Positions 49,326 to 64,000 of a stretch of 64,000 bases of DNA are shown here, piece by piece. The stretch lies in assembly GCF_009914755.1 (NCBI RefSeq), contig NC_060926.1, one strand, 5' to 3'. The notes under the pieces were generated by a model. That model made no database searches. It had not been told where the DNA came from and saw only the letters and a list, made by a program, of their open reading frames with translations. Numbering within the stretch: position 1 is the first letter of the stretch; every line of letters begins with the position of its first letter. The position numbers and the translations under genes are program-made. This DNA comes from the human T2T-CHM13v2.0 reference genome, Homo sapiens.

Positions 49326-52300
49326 TGCTCTTCACTGTTTATTCATATTTTCCACATGTTTAAGGTATTACACTGTATTTGCCAAAGCAATTTTTTGCAT
49401 ATTTGGGGAAAAAATATGTCTTAACAAGTTTGTGTGTTTTCCTTCCTTCTTATGCAGCTTCTTGTGACTGTCTTTTAAGCTTTCCAATAACTGCACCTTA
49501 AATATCAATGTACTTTTTCTATAAAACAATTGTGTGTGTGTATTCCTTCACTAAATGGCCCCAAGTTCCTATGCTTTTGGTTTCTTTAAATTAGTTTAAA
49601 TTCACTTTTATTAATTAAGATGATAGTTTGTTTCAAGTGAGATATACCTTGAATAGTATTTACACTTCTAATTGTTCTTATTTCCCAATTAAAATATATT
49701 TCCCAATATATCCCTCAAGAAAAGAATGCTTAGTGCATTTTGAACAAAACTCTCCATCCTCCAGACTATGGGTCCTCAGAAAAATGTTAATATAAAACCT
49801 ACTGACTTTTTAAAGAAGCTGACTACATCCATACTATTGTGATCTGATTTTGTCTATAAAGCTTAAGTAAGAGCATTAATATTCACTCTCAAATATAACC
49901 ATTTATAATTAATATCATGATAAAATTCATATTCAAATAATATTCGTAGTAATTTCTACTTAAATCCAAGGACTTACATTGCGAAGCAGAGAGACAGAAT
50001 GTTGGTAGCTTGGCTGATATGAATAGTCACTATGAACACAAAATACTCCTTTTACAACTACATATGTTAGGTGTTAAGTCAGGAACACAATTAAAGAGTC
50101 ATGATATAATTGCTTGGAGTCATTGCTGGAAAGAACATATTCAACATTCTCACTAAAAATAATGAATGTAATGCTTAAACTTCCTGGTAAGGCTGATTTA
50201 ACTTTTTATAATCAGGAAGAAAGAGAGACTCTTTTTAGTTTAGCTAGAGTTCAAAATAAAAAGACTTCATTACTGCTCAGGCAGCTGCCTAAAATGACAT
50301 TTATCTGACATTTTCACCCATATATAAAGGCATCTTATGAAATAATTTTTTTAAGTAGTGAAGTTAAAGTGGTAATTATATCAGCAAAATTCTTCAAGAT
50401 TACTGTTTTCTTTGAAAAATGTCACTCGGGTTATCATATATTAGATGTGAACTGTATTCTGATATTTGGTAATGTATATACCCAAATTAGCTCTCATTTT
50501 GTATCACTGAAAATACAATACCAAACAGAAAATTATTTTCGAATATCTTAGTTTTGATTTAAAAATTCTGTTAAAAAATAGTAAATATTCAGATATTATT
50601 AGTCCATTACTTAAGACATTCCACCTGGGTGACCTGATTGTTCATAGCATAAATTATATGAGGAAAACTAAAATATAAAACCAAATGAAATCTTTCCAGT
50701 TACTTTTATAAAACTAGTATAGCCATAAATTGAAGCATGATTTAGATATTTCAGAAGAAAAGTACAGTTCATTCTCACATACCAAAGAAATAAAAAAAAA
50801 ATGCAAATCAAATTTAGCTATCTATCAAGTTAATAAGAAAATAAGCATGAGAAAAGATATTATAATAGTGAATATATATTTAAAATTAGGGTACAAATTA
50901 ATATAATATTTCAAATGAAAGGATCAAAGGAGGAAAATAATAGATTATCTTTAGAGATATGAAGAATGCAAGGTCACAAATCTGGTATGGCTAGAGCCAG
51001 GATTGTAAGCAGTTTATTAAGGATTTGTTCAATGCTTTTTAAAAATGTTAGCACAATTAAGAAAGGCATGAATACTTGTGAATATTTAGAGACTCACTTA
51101 AATTAACTGAGTGAAATTGCTTACAATTTGAGGTTTCTAAGTCATCTAATTAGTCTTGGTAAGAAGCTTGTTAGTTACAATGTTTTAAAAACCAAAGGAA
51201 ACCCATAGTGTAAAAGGTGACGCCTGCAAGACACATAAGTGACCTCTAAGGCCTGAATAAACTTCCCTGTGATTGATTTTTCTTCTGCAGTGTTTAAAAA
51301 TGAAGATAGTCAAATAGATGAAGCGCTTACCCATTTTTGAAAACAACATACAGAACAAAACTAGAAAAAAACTTAACTCTCAAATGAAATGCGACTGGTC
51401 AACCATTTGCAACTGAAAACAAAAAGAACGCAAAACACATTAAAGGTCCACCTATCATTTAGTTGTATCTATGTATGTGTTTATTTGTTTATTTTTATTT
51501 TTAAAAAGCAGATTAGAAGTGGATAGTTGTCCAAATGAGTTGGAATTTTTTATTTACTAATACACCATCAGATCTAGCCAAAAGGAATTTAGGCAACTTT
51601 TTTGAAGTCGAGAGTTAAAGGAGTTCATTTGGTACGAATTCACACTGACCTCATTAAAAAATGCATTTTTAAATAATAAATAAATAAATAAAACAAATTA
51701 AACTCAATGAGAGACTCAGGTTATCTTTGCCAGCAATCAATTATTGCTTGAGGAAATAGCATTAATAAATCCTAGATTTCTTTCTTTGAAAGTAATACTT
51801 GAGCACTGCTTTCCTGCTAAAACAGCATCTTTCAGCAGATTTTTATAGAAAAACCATACCCTCAAGAAAGCTGAACTAGAATGCTTTGTTTATTTCTAAT
51901 TTTTTATTTTTCTGTGACCTATCAAAAGATGACATTGTTAAAATTAGCTTTGGCTAATGTAAGTTACAATACAAATGAGACTTTAGTCCAATGATTTTTA
52001 AATCTTTTTAAATAAGGTTTATTCACCTTCTCTTATGACCAAGTGGAAAAAACAAGATGTAATAACAAAGAATTGGGAAGTACCAGACATAAAACATTTA
52101 TTGATCATTTCATAAGAAATTACATGACTTATGACTAAAAAACACAACAGATATTTTAATTTTACCAATTTTGATAGAACATACAAAGCAATTTAAATAC
52201 TTTTTTTTTTTAATGTAGGCCCCATAAGAAAGGATCTGTAAGTAAATTTTGGGAAATCAAGTTTATATCTGTTTTAGCAAGAGTGATATAATCACTTATA

Positions 52301-53827
52301 TTTAAAGAGTGGCATACGTGATGCACATATGTTAAAATTCAGTTACTGAGCAATTATTGGCCAAAACTTTAAACATATACATCTCTAAACATTGAAAAGT
52401 TAACCCAAATGCAGGTAAAATATTCTCCCAGGAAAAAAAGAAGGTAAGAGGCTCAGTCTAATCTCCTTGTAATATGCTAGTGATAGACCTTCTAGAATTA
52501 AAAAACTAAAAACAAACAAACAAAAAAAAACCCAACAGTATCAAGTGGAAATTTATCTATGGAATGTTTCTAGCATAACATATCTGGGTTGTTTAGGATT
52601 GCTTGTGTTAAAACAATCTAAATCTCTGAATTTATGAGGTATGGTTCTCTGGAAAATGCCCCATACTCCAAGCCGCCATTAGAGGATAAAATGAAGGTGT
52701 TCATGATGTAAGTAGCTCATTTCATCTATGCGATAAGGCTACACTTCTCATTTATAAACTTTATCTCTTAACTGGGGGGCCAGAACAAGTCATGAAAGAA
52801 GCAGAAGAGCTGATGAGGTAGGTTGGAATTCCAGAATGGCTCCATTGCTCTTATTTATTCCTCAAAATTATCCCAAACTTTGAAATTGTTAGCGAAAGTT
52901 TAAAATGACTAAGATCTCTCACGTGACTGACTGGACAAACTGATTCTTTGTGTTATGTTAAATGTTTACAAAGTTGCTAAATATTGTACAGCAATCAGCC
53001 TTTTCTATAGGCTACAGAGTTTTAAAAAGCAATTTACAAACACCACAGTATAGAAACAAAAAAATTTCATTTGGTAGATTACTAGAAATTAACACAGGCA
53101 TAAAAAAGATTGTGTGGCATCAACCCTTGAGAGCTGAAGAAAGGATATGCCTTTTTAAACTCTTTGCTGAGGATAACCTTTACAGCTTGTGCCTGCTGAT
53201 GGGCCTCAGCAGATCACGCTTTGAAAATAAATTTTATAGTTCATTTTGAGACTCACATATTTAAATAATTTCAGAAAATTATTATTATAATTTGGGAACA
53301 AAATTAATATGACTAAAATTCTGAACTGAGTAAGATTTAAGTATCTTACCACAAATATATGAGACAACGGAGAATTAGATTTTTGACTGAGTATGTGACA
53401 ATAAGTAGAACTACCCCAAAATGACTGATATCGCCAGAATAAATCAGAGAAAACCTTAATTACAGGATTTGGAAGTCATGGAAATGAATCAGACCATGAT
53501 TTTATTGGCTTCATAAGATTTTATAATTAATTTTTAATCCATTTAGTCTGTTTAGTTTAGTTTAAAACTATAACACCTGTATGTTACTTTATTTTTGTTA
53601 TTGTCCCAAAATTGGTTTATTTGATTTTAAGGATACGGTTTTTTCTCTATTTTTATTGGAATTTTAAAAATGTGCTATTTTTCCTCTGTGCTCACAAAAA
53701 ACTCTGTATACTTCTCTGTCTCATCAGTTGTCACCCTAAGTTTTAAGTTACTTGCCAGTATACAGGAGATATGAATCAACGTCTAACACCTAGCACTAAA
53801 GCCAGGGAAATAGCTCACAATAAGAAC

Positions 53828-54257
53828 TGCTATGGTTTGAATATTTGTTCCCTCCAAAATTCATGTTGATACCCAATGTAATCCCCAATGTGCTGGTATT
53901 GAGAGGTGCTATTAATCACCTTTAAGAGGTGATCAGGTCACGAGGGCAGAGCCTGGATTAATCCATTCAGGGATTAAGGGATTCATGGGCTAATGGATTA
54001 ATGGATTATCGTGGGAGTGGGGCAGGTAGCTTTATAAGAAGAGGAAGAGATATCCAAGCTAGGATGCTCGGCCCCCTCACTATGTGATGTGCTGTGCCAT
54101 TTCAGAGCTCTTCAGAGAGTCTCCACCAGCAAGAAGACACTCAACAGATATGGCTTCTCAGCTTTCTCAGCTTCTAGAACTTAAGAAATAAATTCATTTT
54201 CTTATAAATTTCCCAGCTTCAGAAATTCTGTTACAAGCAACAGAAAACACTAACACA
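53828..54257 (+). mobile_element. MSTB1/MSTB2-type MaLR solo LTR
   Basis: TGCTATGGTTTGAATATTTGTTCCCTCCAAAATTCATGTTG start; 'ggattaatccattca...atggattaatgg' block; end 'gcaacagaaaacactaacaca'. Confidence 0.88.
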
Positions 54258-55025
54258 GCACTCAAACAACAAAGGTAGTGATCCTAATAATTCAACCACA
54301 CAAACACACACAATGTTAATATCACACTTGTCAGAAGAAATCGTAAAAGTATGATATTCACCTCAAATGTATCTTTCAAATTACAAATAAATGTCCCTGG
54401 TTGACTGAATTTAAAAAACAAATGGAACTCTAGCTGCACGGAAGTCTGCGATGTTATTATCTTATAAAATATTGTATATAACAAATGTAAGTGATGTTAT
54501 TATTTTTACCTTTTCTGTACAGGAAGACACACTTGAAAGAGTCCCTAATGACACTGAGCAACAATTCCCCATGTTTGTTACACTGGAAGTTGTTCTATCT
54601 ACCTTATGCGCCTGTCTTTAATTCCTGGCATCTCACAAGCCTGAAAGACAGTTATTATCATTTATACAGGAAGAAACTAGGGCTCCTATAGGGGAAATGA
54701 CTTGTTAATATCATAAGACTAGCAAAGCTTACTTACTCAATTCCTAATGCTCTTCAGAGCATATTATATCTGAACTCTATATTAAATTTGTGGTTGTTGT
54801 TTCTAAATTAGTCCTGAATTAAACTGTTTTTTATATTGTGGCAGACTAGTAGGGTCATTTGTAAAATTGTAGTTTTTATAATGAGCACAGTCATCAATTA
54901 GTATGTGAAATAAATATACTCATATTTTTATAGGGAGAGGGAGGTAGGGAGAAAGCAGTAACAAACACATGAGAAGTGTATATTGTGTATCTAATTCACA
55001 AAATTGGTAACAAATAGAAACTCCA

Positions 55026-55327
55026 CCGGGTACAGTGGCTCATGCCTGTAATTCCAGCACTTTGGGAGGCCCAGGTGGATGGATGACCTGAGGTCAGGAG
55101 TTCTAGACCAGCCTGGTCAACATAGTGAAACCTCGTCTCTACTAAACATACAAAAATTAGCTGGGCCTGGTATGGATGCATGTAGTCCCAGCTACTCAGG
55201 AAGCTGAGGCAGGAGAATCGCTTGAACCCAGGAGGCAGAGTTTGCGGTAAGCCGATATCGCACCACTGCACTCCAGCCTGGGTGACAGAGTGATAAAGTG
55301 AGATTCAGTCTCAAAAAAAGAAAAAAA
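55026..55327 (+). mobile_element. AluS (Sx/Sz-like), full length
   Basis: Both arms and an A tail; TSD AAATAGAAA at 55012-55020 and 55328-55336. Confidence 0.93.
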
Positions 55328-55347
55328 AAATAGAAAACCCGAACTGA

Positions 55348-55584
<237 letters not shown>

Positions 55585-55845
55585 TAAACAGATAATCAAA
55601 CAGTGGGAGATGTTTAGTTACTTTCCTGAGATCTCAGAGCTAAGAATTTGGAGACTTTAGGTCTAATCACAAAGCCTATAGCCTCATCACAAATTCTTTT
55701 CCACTCTTACAGAGGGATTCAGAAAATAGGACCTTAAAACATAATTTTATAATTGTTTTCATTATGTATATATATATCCCTCCCATATAAAATTGTCATT
55801 ACACAATGATCATAACTAAGCTGTGGAAGAAATGGTTATCATCAG

Positions 55846-56324
55846 TATTGGGTTAAATAGTGTTTCCCAAAATTCCTTTCTCACGTCAGGAACCTGGACC
55901 CTCAAAACATGATGTTATTTGTAAATCAGACCTTATTTGGAAAGACATAATCAGGTTAACATGAGGTCTGCATTAGAATGGAACCTAATCCAATGACTGA
56001 TGTCTTTATAAAAGGAGGAAAGCTTGAACACAGGGACAGGCACAGAGGGAAGACAGATATACATGGGAGATGCCATGTGACAGCAGAAGCAGAAATTGGA
56101 GTGACGTATCTGCAAGACAAAGAACACCAACAATTGTTGGCACCCACCAGAAGATAGAAAGAGGCCAGGGAGGATGCCCACTAGAGATTTCAGAGACAGC
56201 ATGGTCCTGCCACCACCTGGATTTCAGACTTCCAGGTTGCAGAACTTTCAGAGAATACATTTCTGTTGTTTTAAGCCATTTAATTGGTGGTACTTTGTTA
56301 CAGTGACTCCAGAAAACAAATAGA
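55846..56324 (+). mobile_element. MLT1B/MLT1C MaLR solo LTR
   Basis: 'gggttaaatagtg...ccttatttggaaa...cctaatccaatgactgatgtctttata...gcagaaattggagtga...gagaatacatttctgttgttttaagcca'. Confidence 0.88.
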
Positions 56325-56677
56325 CCATCTAATGATAACTTATACATGTAGAGAGATTAATGTATGTGTGTATATATGTGTATTATTTCTATAATTATAT
56401 ATAAATATATACACATTTGAATAATCTAAAATAAAAATATTGCCTTTTTATGATAGAAAAATCTGCATTATTATAGTATTTATTCATTATTTTTCTATAA
56501 AATATTTTTGAAATTGGCTTCTATAATAAAAAGCTGCAGTAATATAGTCATCATAAATTTCAGTTCATAAGATTTTAACAGTTGTTTTAAAATTTCTTAA
56601 AAATAGTAAAGCAGTTTGTACTTTAAAATACGCATTTAGATTTAATAAGCAGGTCTTAATTTTTGGTGCCATTAATT

Positions 56678-56968
56678 CTCTTTATTTGTGTATTGCTTTT
56701 AAAATTGATATATAATAGTTGTACATATTTCAGGTTACATGTGATATTTTGATACCTGTATACAATGTATAATATCAAATCAGAATAAGTTGGATGGTCA
56801 TCACCTCACACTTTCATTTTTTTCTTAGTATTGGGAATACTAGAATTCTTCTCCTGTAGGCATTTAAAAATATACAAAAAATCATTGTTAACTATAATTT
56901 CTCTAGGGTGCTATCAAATGCTAGAACTTATTTCTTCTATCTAACTATAATTTTGTACCTGTTAACCA
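56678..56968 (-). mobile_element. Short L1MA (about L1MA4-6) 3' end, antisense
   Basis: 'aattgatatataatagttgtacatattt...catgtgatattttgatac...aaatcagaataagttgga'; flanked by a 31-bp direct repeat. Confidence 0.85.
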
Positions 56969-57779
56969 AAGCAAGTCTTGATTTTTTATGCCATTAATTT
57001 TTCCACATACATTTCTCATTGTAAATAGTATTAGTTTTCTATAATTAATTTCTTGAAAATATAGGTGTGAATGAAATGCAGGTTTTAAAATAAAATCTAG
57101 AAAGAAGTAGAAAATCTAAACTAGAAATGTGGACTAAAGGAATTTAGCTTGATTCCTGACAACATAAATGTGTCTTTCTGACTTAAAAGTAAGGAACTTT
57201 AAAAACTAAGAAACTTAAAAGCCTCTTAACCATGTAAGTGTTGGCATAAAACACTGCCTTCTGTGAGATGAAAAATTCATTAGATAATTAATCATTCCAA
57301 TTGTTTTAGGATGGATATTCATTTTTAATGCATAATTTAAATGAAAACTACCAAATTACAGAAATAACACATGAAATCTTTGGCTTATGGGCATTTTGGG
57401 AAAGCTAAAGGATAGCAATGAACATAAAACTTCCAGAAGAGTTCACTTCAAAGGCTTTTTCCTCTCACGTTACATAATTTCTTTTTTTTCCAATTCTATT
57501 TATTTTCAGCTGGAAAAAATGAATCTGGGAAAGAAGATGAGAACAAGATTTCAGAAAGCTGTGAGAAAATAACCATGATATCATCATGCCTTTTCTGGAT
57601 TAAGGTGAGAACAGAAAAATAATTTGCAGTGAATATTGAATGCTGCAGAAATGTATAGAAATAATGTGAAACTATCAAACATGAATTTTTTGTTTATTTC
57701 TTCTATTGCATAGTATATTTTTGTTGATATTCTTTTAACAAGTATGGTTAAATTACAAAATACGTAAGAAATAGTTTAT

Positions 57780-57800
57780 CTCTCTCTCTCTCTCTCTCTC
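57780..57800. repeat. (CT)n microsatellite
   Basis: Direct reading. Confidence 0.9.
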
Positions 57801-57849
57801 GTTGGAAATACAGAGCAAATAATACTTTTTGGCACTAGCTGGTCCATCG

Positions 57850-59030
57850 TTCCCAGATATTTTACTGAGTATTTTCTACGGGTAAGGCTATTCTCCTACA
57901 TAAACAAGACAACTGTCAATATCAGAATATTATCTTTGATATGTTACCATTATCTAATTAGCCCAGTCTATTTGGGTGTTTCCTGTTGCCCCAATAATGT
58001 CTAATCCAATTCAGAATTTCCTGTTACATTTAGTTGTATGTCTCTCCAATCTCTTTTAATCGGGAATAGTTCCTTAAATTTCATGAGTTTGACACTTTCT
58101 CAGACTACAGGATAGTTTTTTTTAGAATATTTGTCTGATGTTGCCTTATGATTAGTTTCAGAGCTGCATCTTTGTCAGAAACATCACAAAAATGATGCTG
58201 TATTCCTCTCATTACATCCTATCCAATGACATACTCTTTCCAATTCTCTCATTATTGATGATGTTTATCACTTGTTTAAAATGATGTATTCTAGTCTTCT
58301 CTATATAAGATAATTCTTTCCCCCATTTAATTATGGATATTTTGTGAGAAGGTATTTCAAAATGCTGTAAATATCTTATTCTTCGTCAAAATTTTAAATT
58401 AATTTAATTTTTAATCTCTATTATACTATGGCTTCCTATTTTATTTATTGGATTATAATGTGTTACTATCATTATTTATCTAATTCTCAAGGTATGTCAG
58501 ATTTGGCCAGTGGAGGCTCATTTAAACTGGCTTTTGTATTCTTTTGTATATTTCCTTTGAGCACTTTCTTGTGCTTTTGTATTCTTTTCTATACATCCTT
58601 TGAGCACTTTCTTGCCTAATGTCACAAGAATTCTAGATTCATTTTATGCTTTACCTTCACAAGCCTTCGAACCAGCCATTTCTACAATTCTTTTCGATCA
58701 TTTCTTAATGAAAAAAGAGTATTTAGAAATAATATCTAAATACTGGGTGGGTTCATTGCTATTGGGTAAGCAATTGTTTCCAAAGACCACCAGTGAATAG
58801 AAGAATACATGTATTTATTTACATATATATTAGTTTATTATCTATCTATCTATCTATCTCTCTATCATCCTTCTATCTATATTTCTATGTGTCCATTCAT
58901 CTGTCTGTCCACTATCCAACCATCCCTCTCTCTACATTAACAACCATACATCAACACCAATACTTCAAATCTCAATCCAACACTAAAGGTTTATTCTAAT
59001 TTTCTTCCTTTCCATATTTATAACTACCAA
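57850..59030 (-). mobile_element. L1MC (L1MC4a/5-like) 3' region, antisense
   Basis: 'attctcctacataa', 'ttgccccaataatgtc', 'cagatttggccagtggagg', 'gtatttagaaa..atct'; contains a 43-bp tandem duplication at 58530-58615. Confidence 0.7.
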
Positions 59031-59626
59031 CTTTGGCAGTGAGAAACATATCTTTAATATTTACCTTATTTATTTTAAGTAACTCTTTTTTATGGAAATT
59101 TAATATTTACTTTATTAACTTTAACTTCTTTATATGTAATGAATGTGCATCTGCCCTGCTGTCCTTTTTCTGGGGTAGACACCATCATCTCTTTGATCAA
59201 GCTCTGATACCTTGTTTTAAGCCCCTAAACTTCGTGGAAGTCCTTCTCATCCTGCTTGTTTTCTGGAATCTCATGCCAATTTGTACCTTCATGTGGCATG
59301 AAGTTTTGGTAAGAGTATAAATTGTTTATGGCCATAATCTGGCATATCTATAAGCAAACAAACTGTATTTTCCCTTGGAAATCTTTCTTGTGTTAGGAAT
59401 TTAGCTTAAATAAATATTCTCACTTGTACACAAGAATGTATGTAAAACAATTTTTATAGCTTAAAAAGTACAAACTTCAAATAGCCTTCAATATGGAAAG
59501 TGGAAAGCTATATATAAAAACTCCCCTACACACACATACATATATATGTAATGCACATATGTAGATAAAAGCGTATCTCATTTTCTTGCATCTTCCTCAT
59601 TGTGCTTTGCAGATATTGCATTTTTT

Positions 59627-59661
59627 TACACTTTATCTTAGCCAAAAGGCTGAGAAGCAAC
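59627..59661 (-). pseudogene. 3'-truncated U2 snRNA retropseudogene (first 35 nt)
   Basis: Minus strand GTTGCTTCTCAGCCTTTTGGCTAAGATAAAGTGTA vs U2 5' end ATCGCTTCTCGGCCTTTTGGCTAAGATCAAGTGTA (4 differences, 2 at CpG). Flanked by duplicated CATTTTTT(T)ACA. Confidence 0.88.
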
Positions 59662-59990
59662 ACATTTTTTACAAATTGAAGGTTTCTGGCCACACTGCAT
59701 GAAGCAAATCTATCGACATAATTTTTCCAACAGTATGTGCTCCCTTCAGGTCTCTGTCACATTTTGGTAATTCTCACAATATTATATCTGTTATGGTGAT
59801 GTGTCATCAGTGATCTTCGGTGTTACTATTGTAATTGTTTTTGGGTTCCATGAACTGTGCCAATGCATTAACTGGCTGTTCTCCCACTTAAGTGGGAGGG
59901 TTAAGTTCTCCCACTTAACCTCCCTCTCCTATGGCCTCTGTGTTCTCTGAGATACAACAATATCGAAATTAGGCCAAGTAATAACCTTAA

Positions 59991-61900
<1,910 letters not shown>

Positions 61901-64000
61901 CTGTGAAAGGAAGAATCAATCAACGTAACAAAACTCCACTGTTGTTGTATTTTAAGAAATTATTACAGGTACCATTAACTTCAGCAGTTACCACCCTGAT
62001 CAGTCAGCAGCCATCAGCATGGAAGCAAGACCCTCCACAAACAAGAAGATAACAACTCTCTGAAGGCTCAGATTGTTAGCATCTTTTAGCAATAAATTCT
62101 TTTTAATTAAGATATGTACAGTGTTTTTAGACACAATGCTATGGTACACTAAATATACTACGATATAGTATAAATACAACATTTATATATACTACAAAAT
62201 AAAAATTTGAGTGACTACTTTATAGAGATATTTACTTTATTGCATGCTCTAGAAACAAACCTGCAATATTTCTGAGGTATGAGGTTATGTATGTAAACAC
62301 ACACACATGCACATACATACATACATATATTAATTGACCATAAACACCCCTTAAGATAGTGATAAAGTCAGTAAAGATGTAAATAGAAATAGAAATAGAA
62401 TAACTATAAACAATGACAACTGCAAACAAATTAAAACGTACGTAGATAGATATGTAGATAGATATGAGAGCATCAAACTGAAAACATATTATGCTAGGAG
62501 AATATTCGCAAATTCATACAGATATAATTTTGATAGACATGTAAAGCATTCATTTCTATTTTAGCCAGATTGAACCTCTTCTTGTTGTCTTTACTTCTCG
62601 ACCTTTGCCGACTCATACCCTCCTTCTGTCTGGATCACACTGTGTATTCCAGTCTTCCTCTCCCCCTCCCCACCAGCCAAGGAATCCCAGGAGAATTTGC
62701 CAACTTGGCAGAATCTTTCACCACGTTATTTAACCTGGATTTGTTCCACCTGAAAATATCAAGTGCTCTAAAAAGTTGCCTTTTTTTCTAATGTAAACAA
62801 GCAATGTAAGGCATTTCTAGAAAATTACCTTGTAATTATCTAGAATCGGTTCAACTTGAACTAATTATAGCACAAGAAGATTCCCTTTCTGACACCATAT
62901 TTTCATTGTAAAGACCCTTTTCATCCTTAACCCATCATCCAGGGACAAGGGCACAAGCAGCATTAGGGGAAGCTAAACTTGCATCAGACTCTCTTGTGCT
63001 GGCAGGATTCTATATTGGTTGACTGCATAGTGTTTGGTAAGTTCTTAGTCACATTGTGTAAATAAGTAAAACAAAATAACTAATATGCATCCAGCAGAAT
63101 GTAGTGCATATAACACCCTGCATTTATTTATTCTTTGATGCTTATTTAAGTACTGCTTTAGCTCCAGGAGTTGGCAGAATGGCTACTTGAGGAAGATATT
63201 CTAGAAGCCCAGAATTACCTGGATGCCACATTACACCAAAACTTTTCCTTTTTGAGTTTTAAAATGTGGAGTGGCAAGCTCTACAGAAAATCTTGGCCAG
63301 ATTCAAAACATAACATATTTATTCTAATATGCAATCCTCTCCTTCACTCTCCTTTCAAATTTCTTTAGCATATAAGGACATCTGTTTTCCACCCAAGAAA
63401 ATTTAATATTATAATTAACTATAGTTTTAGCAGTTCGGTGAAATATAACTTTCTCGGATGTCTCTATAATTGAAAAAAAAATTCTATTTAAGTCTCTTAT
63501 TCCACCCATTGGGCAAAATTCACTTGAGACTATTCAGGGAAATTTCATTCATTTAAAGGCTCTTCTTCTTTCTGCTCAAGGATGTGACTACATTTCCTGG
63601 GATGTATTGGTTTAAGTATTGATCTGGTGGGTTTTGGAGGGAGGAAGTTCCTGGTTTCATTCATGATCATCCTCAAAGATGTGCACATTAGGACAGACTC
63701 AGTTTCATCCATCTGATCATTGTGGTTCCATGTAGGTAATTACAGTGTATTATTTGTCCTGACCAAAATATATATATATATACAACACCAGATTTCAGTG
63801 TCTTTTAGCTCCTCATTGCTGTTTGTATGCCACAGGAAGCATATAACTACACTGGAATTCTGAGGCTATGCCAAGCCCACCGGCCATCATTGCCACCTTT
63901 CCCATTCAGTGGTTTCCAAGGCCTTCACACATATGATGAGGAGCTAATCTTTCTAATGCTTAGAAAAATAAGACACATTGAGGAAATCTGTTTTCTACAA

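Noticed and set aside
53955-54010. GGATTAATCC palindrome and ATGGATTA repeats
   Set aside because: Part of the MSTB-type LTR consensus as I recall it, so not locus-specific.
58530-58615. 43-bp tandem duplication
   Set aside because: Ordinary diverged slippage duplication inside an old L1, with no sign of function.

Overview
AT-rich primate genomic DNA, most likely human or another ape (AluY, L1PA and the LTR12C/ERV9 family are present). It reads as a gene desert or a very large intron. I recognise no cellular protein-coding gene. The ORF track is mostly Alu, LTR and simple-repeat read-through, plus dead Tigger transposase fragments. The window holds about 11 Alu copies or fragments, several old L1M fragments, one short L1PA 3' end, L2 and MIR relics, several MaLR/ERV LTRs and five TcMar-Tigger DNA transposons. 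Highlights: (1) a complete CpG-rich solo LTR12C with a 4-bp TSD inside an L1MA, with an altered TATA-like box and a same-strand 129-codon ORF about 1 kb downstream; (2) a tailless 35-nt U2 snRNA retrocopy inside a near full-length Tigger1; (3) two closely spaced inverted Alu pairs; (4) a perfect hairpin carrying a consensus 5' splice site on both strands; (5) a chain of candidate minus-strand exons at 39-51 kb. Repeat subfamily names come from remembered consensus sequences and need RepeatMasker/Dfam confirmation; many boundaries are approximate. I find no convincing new biological system, and the findings below are hypotheses.
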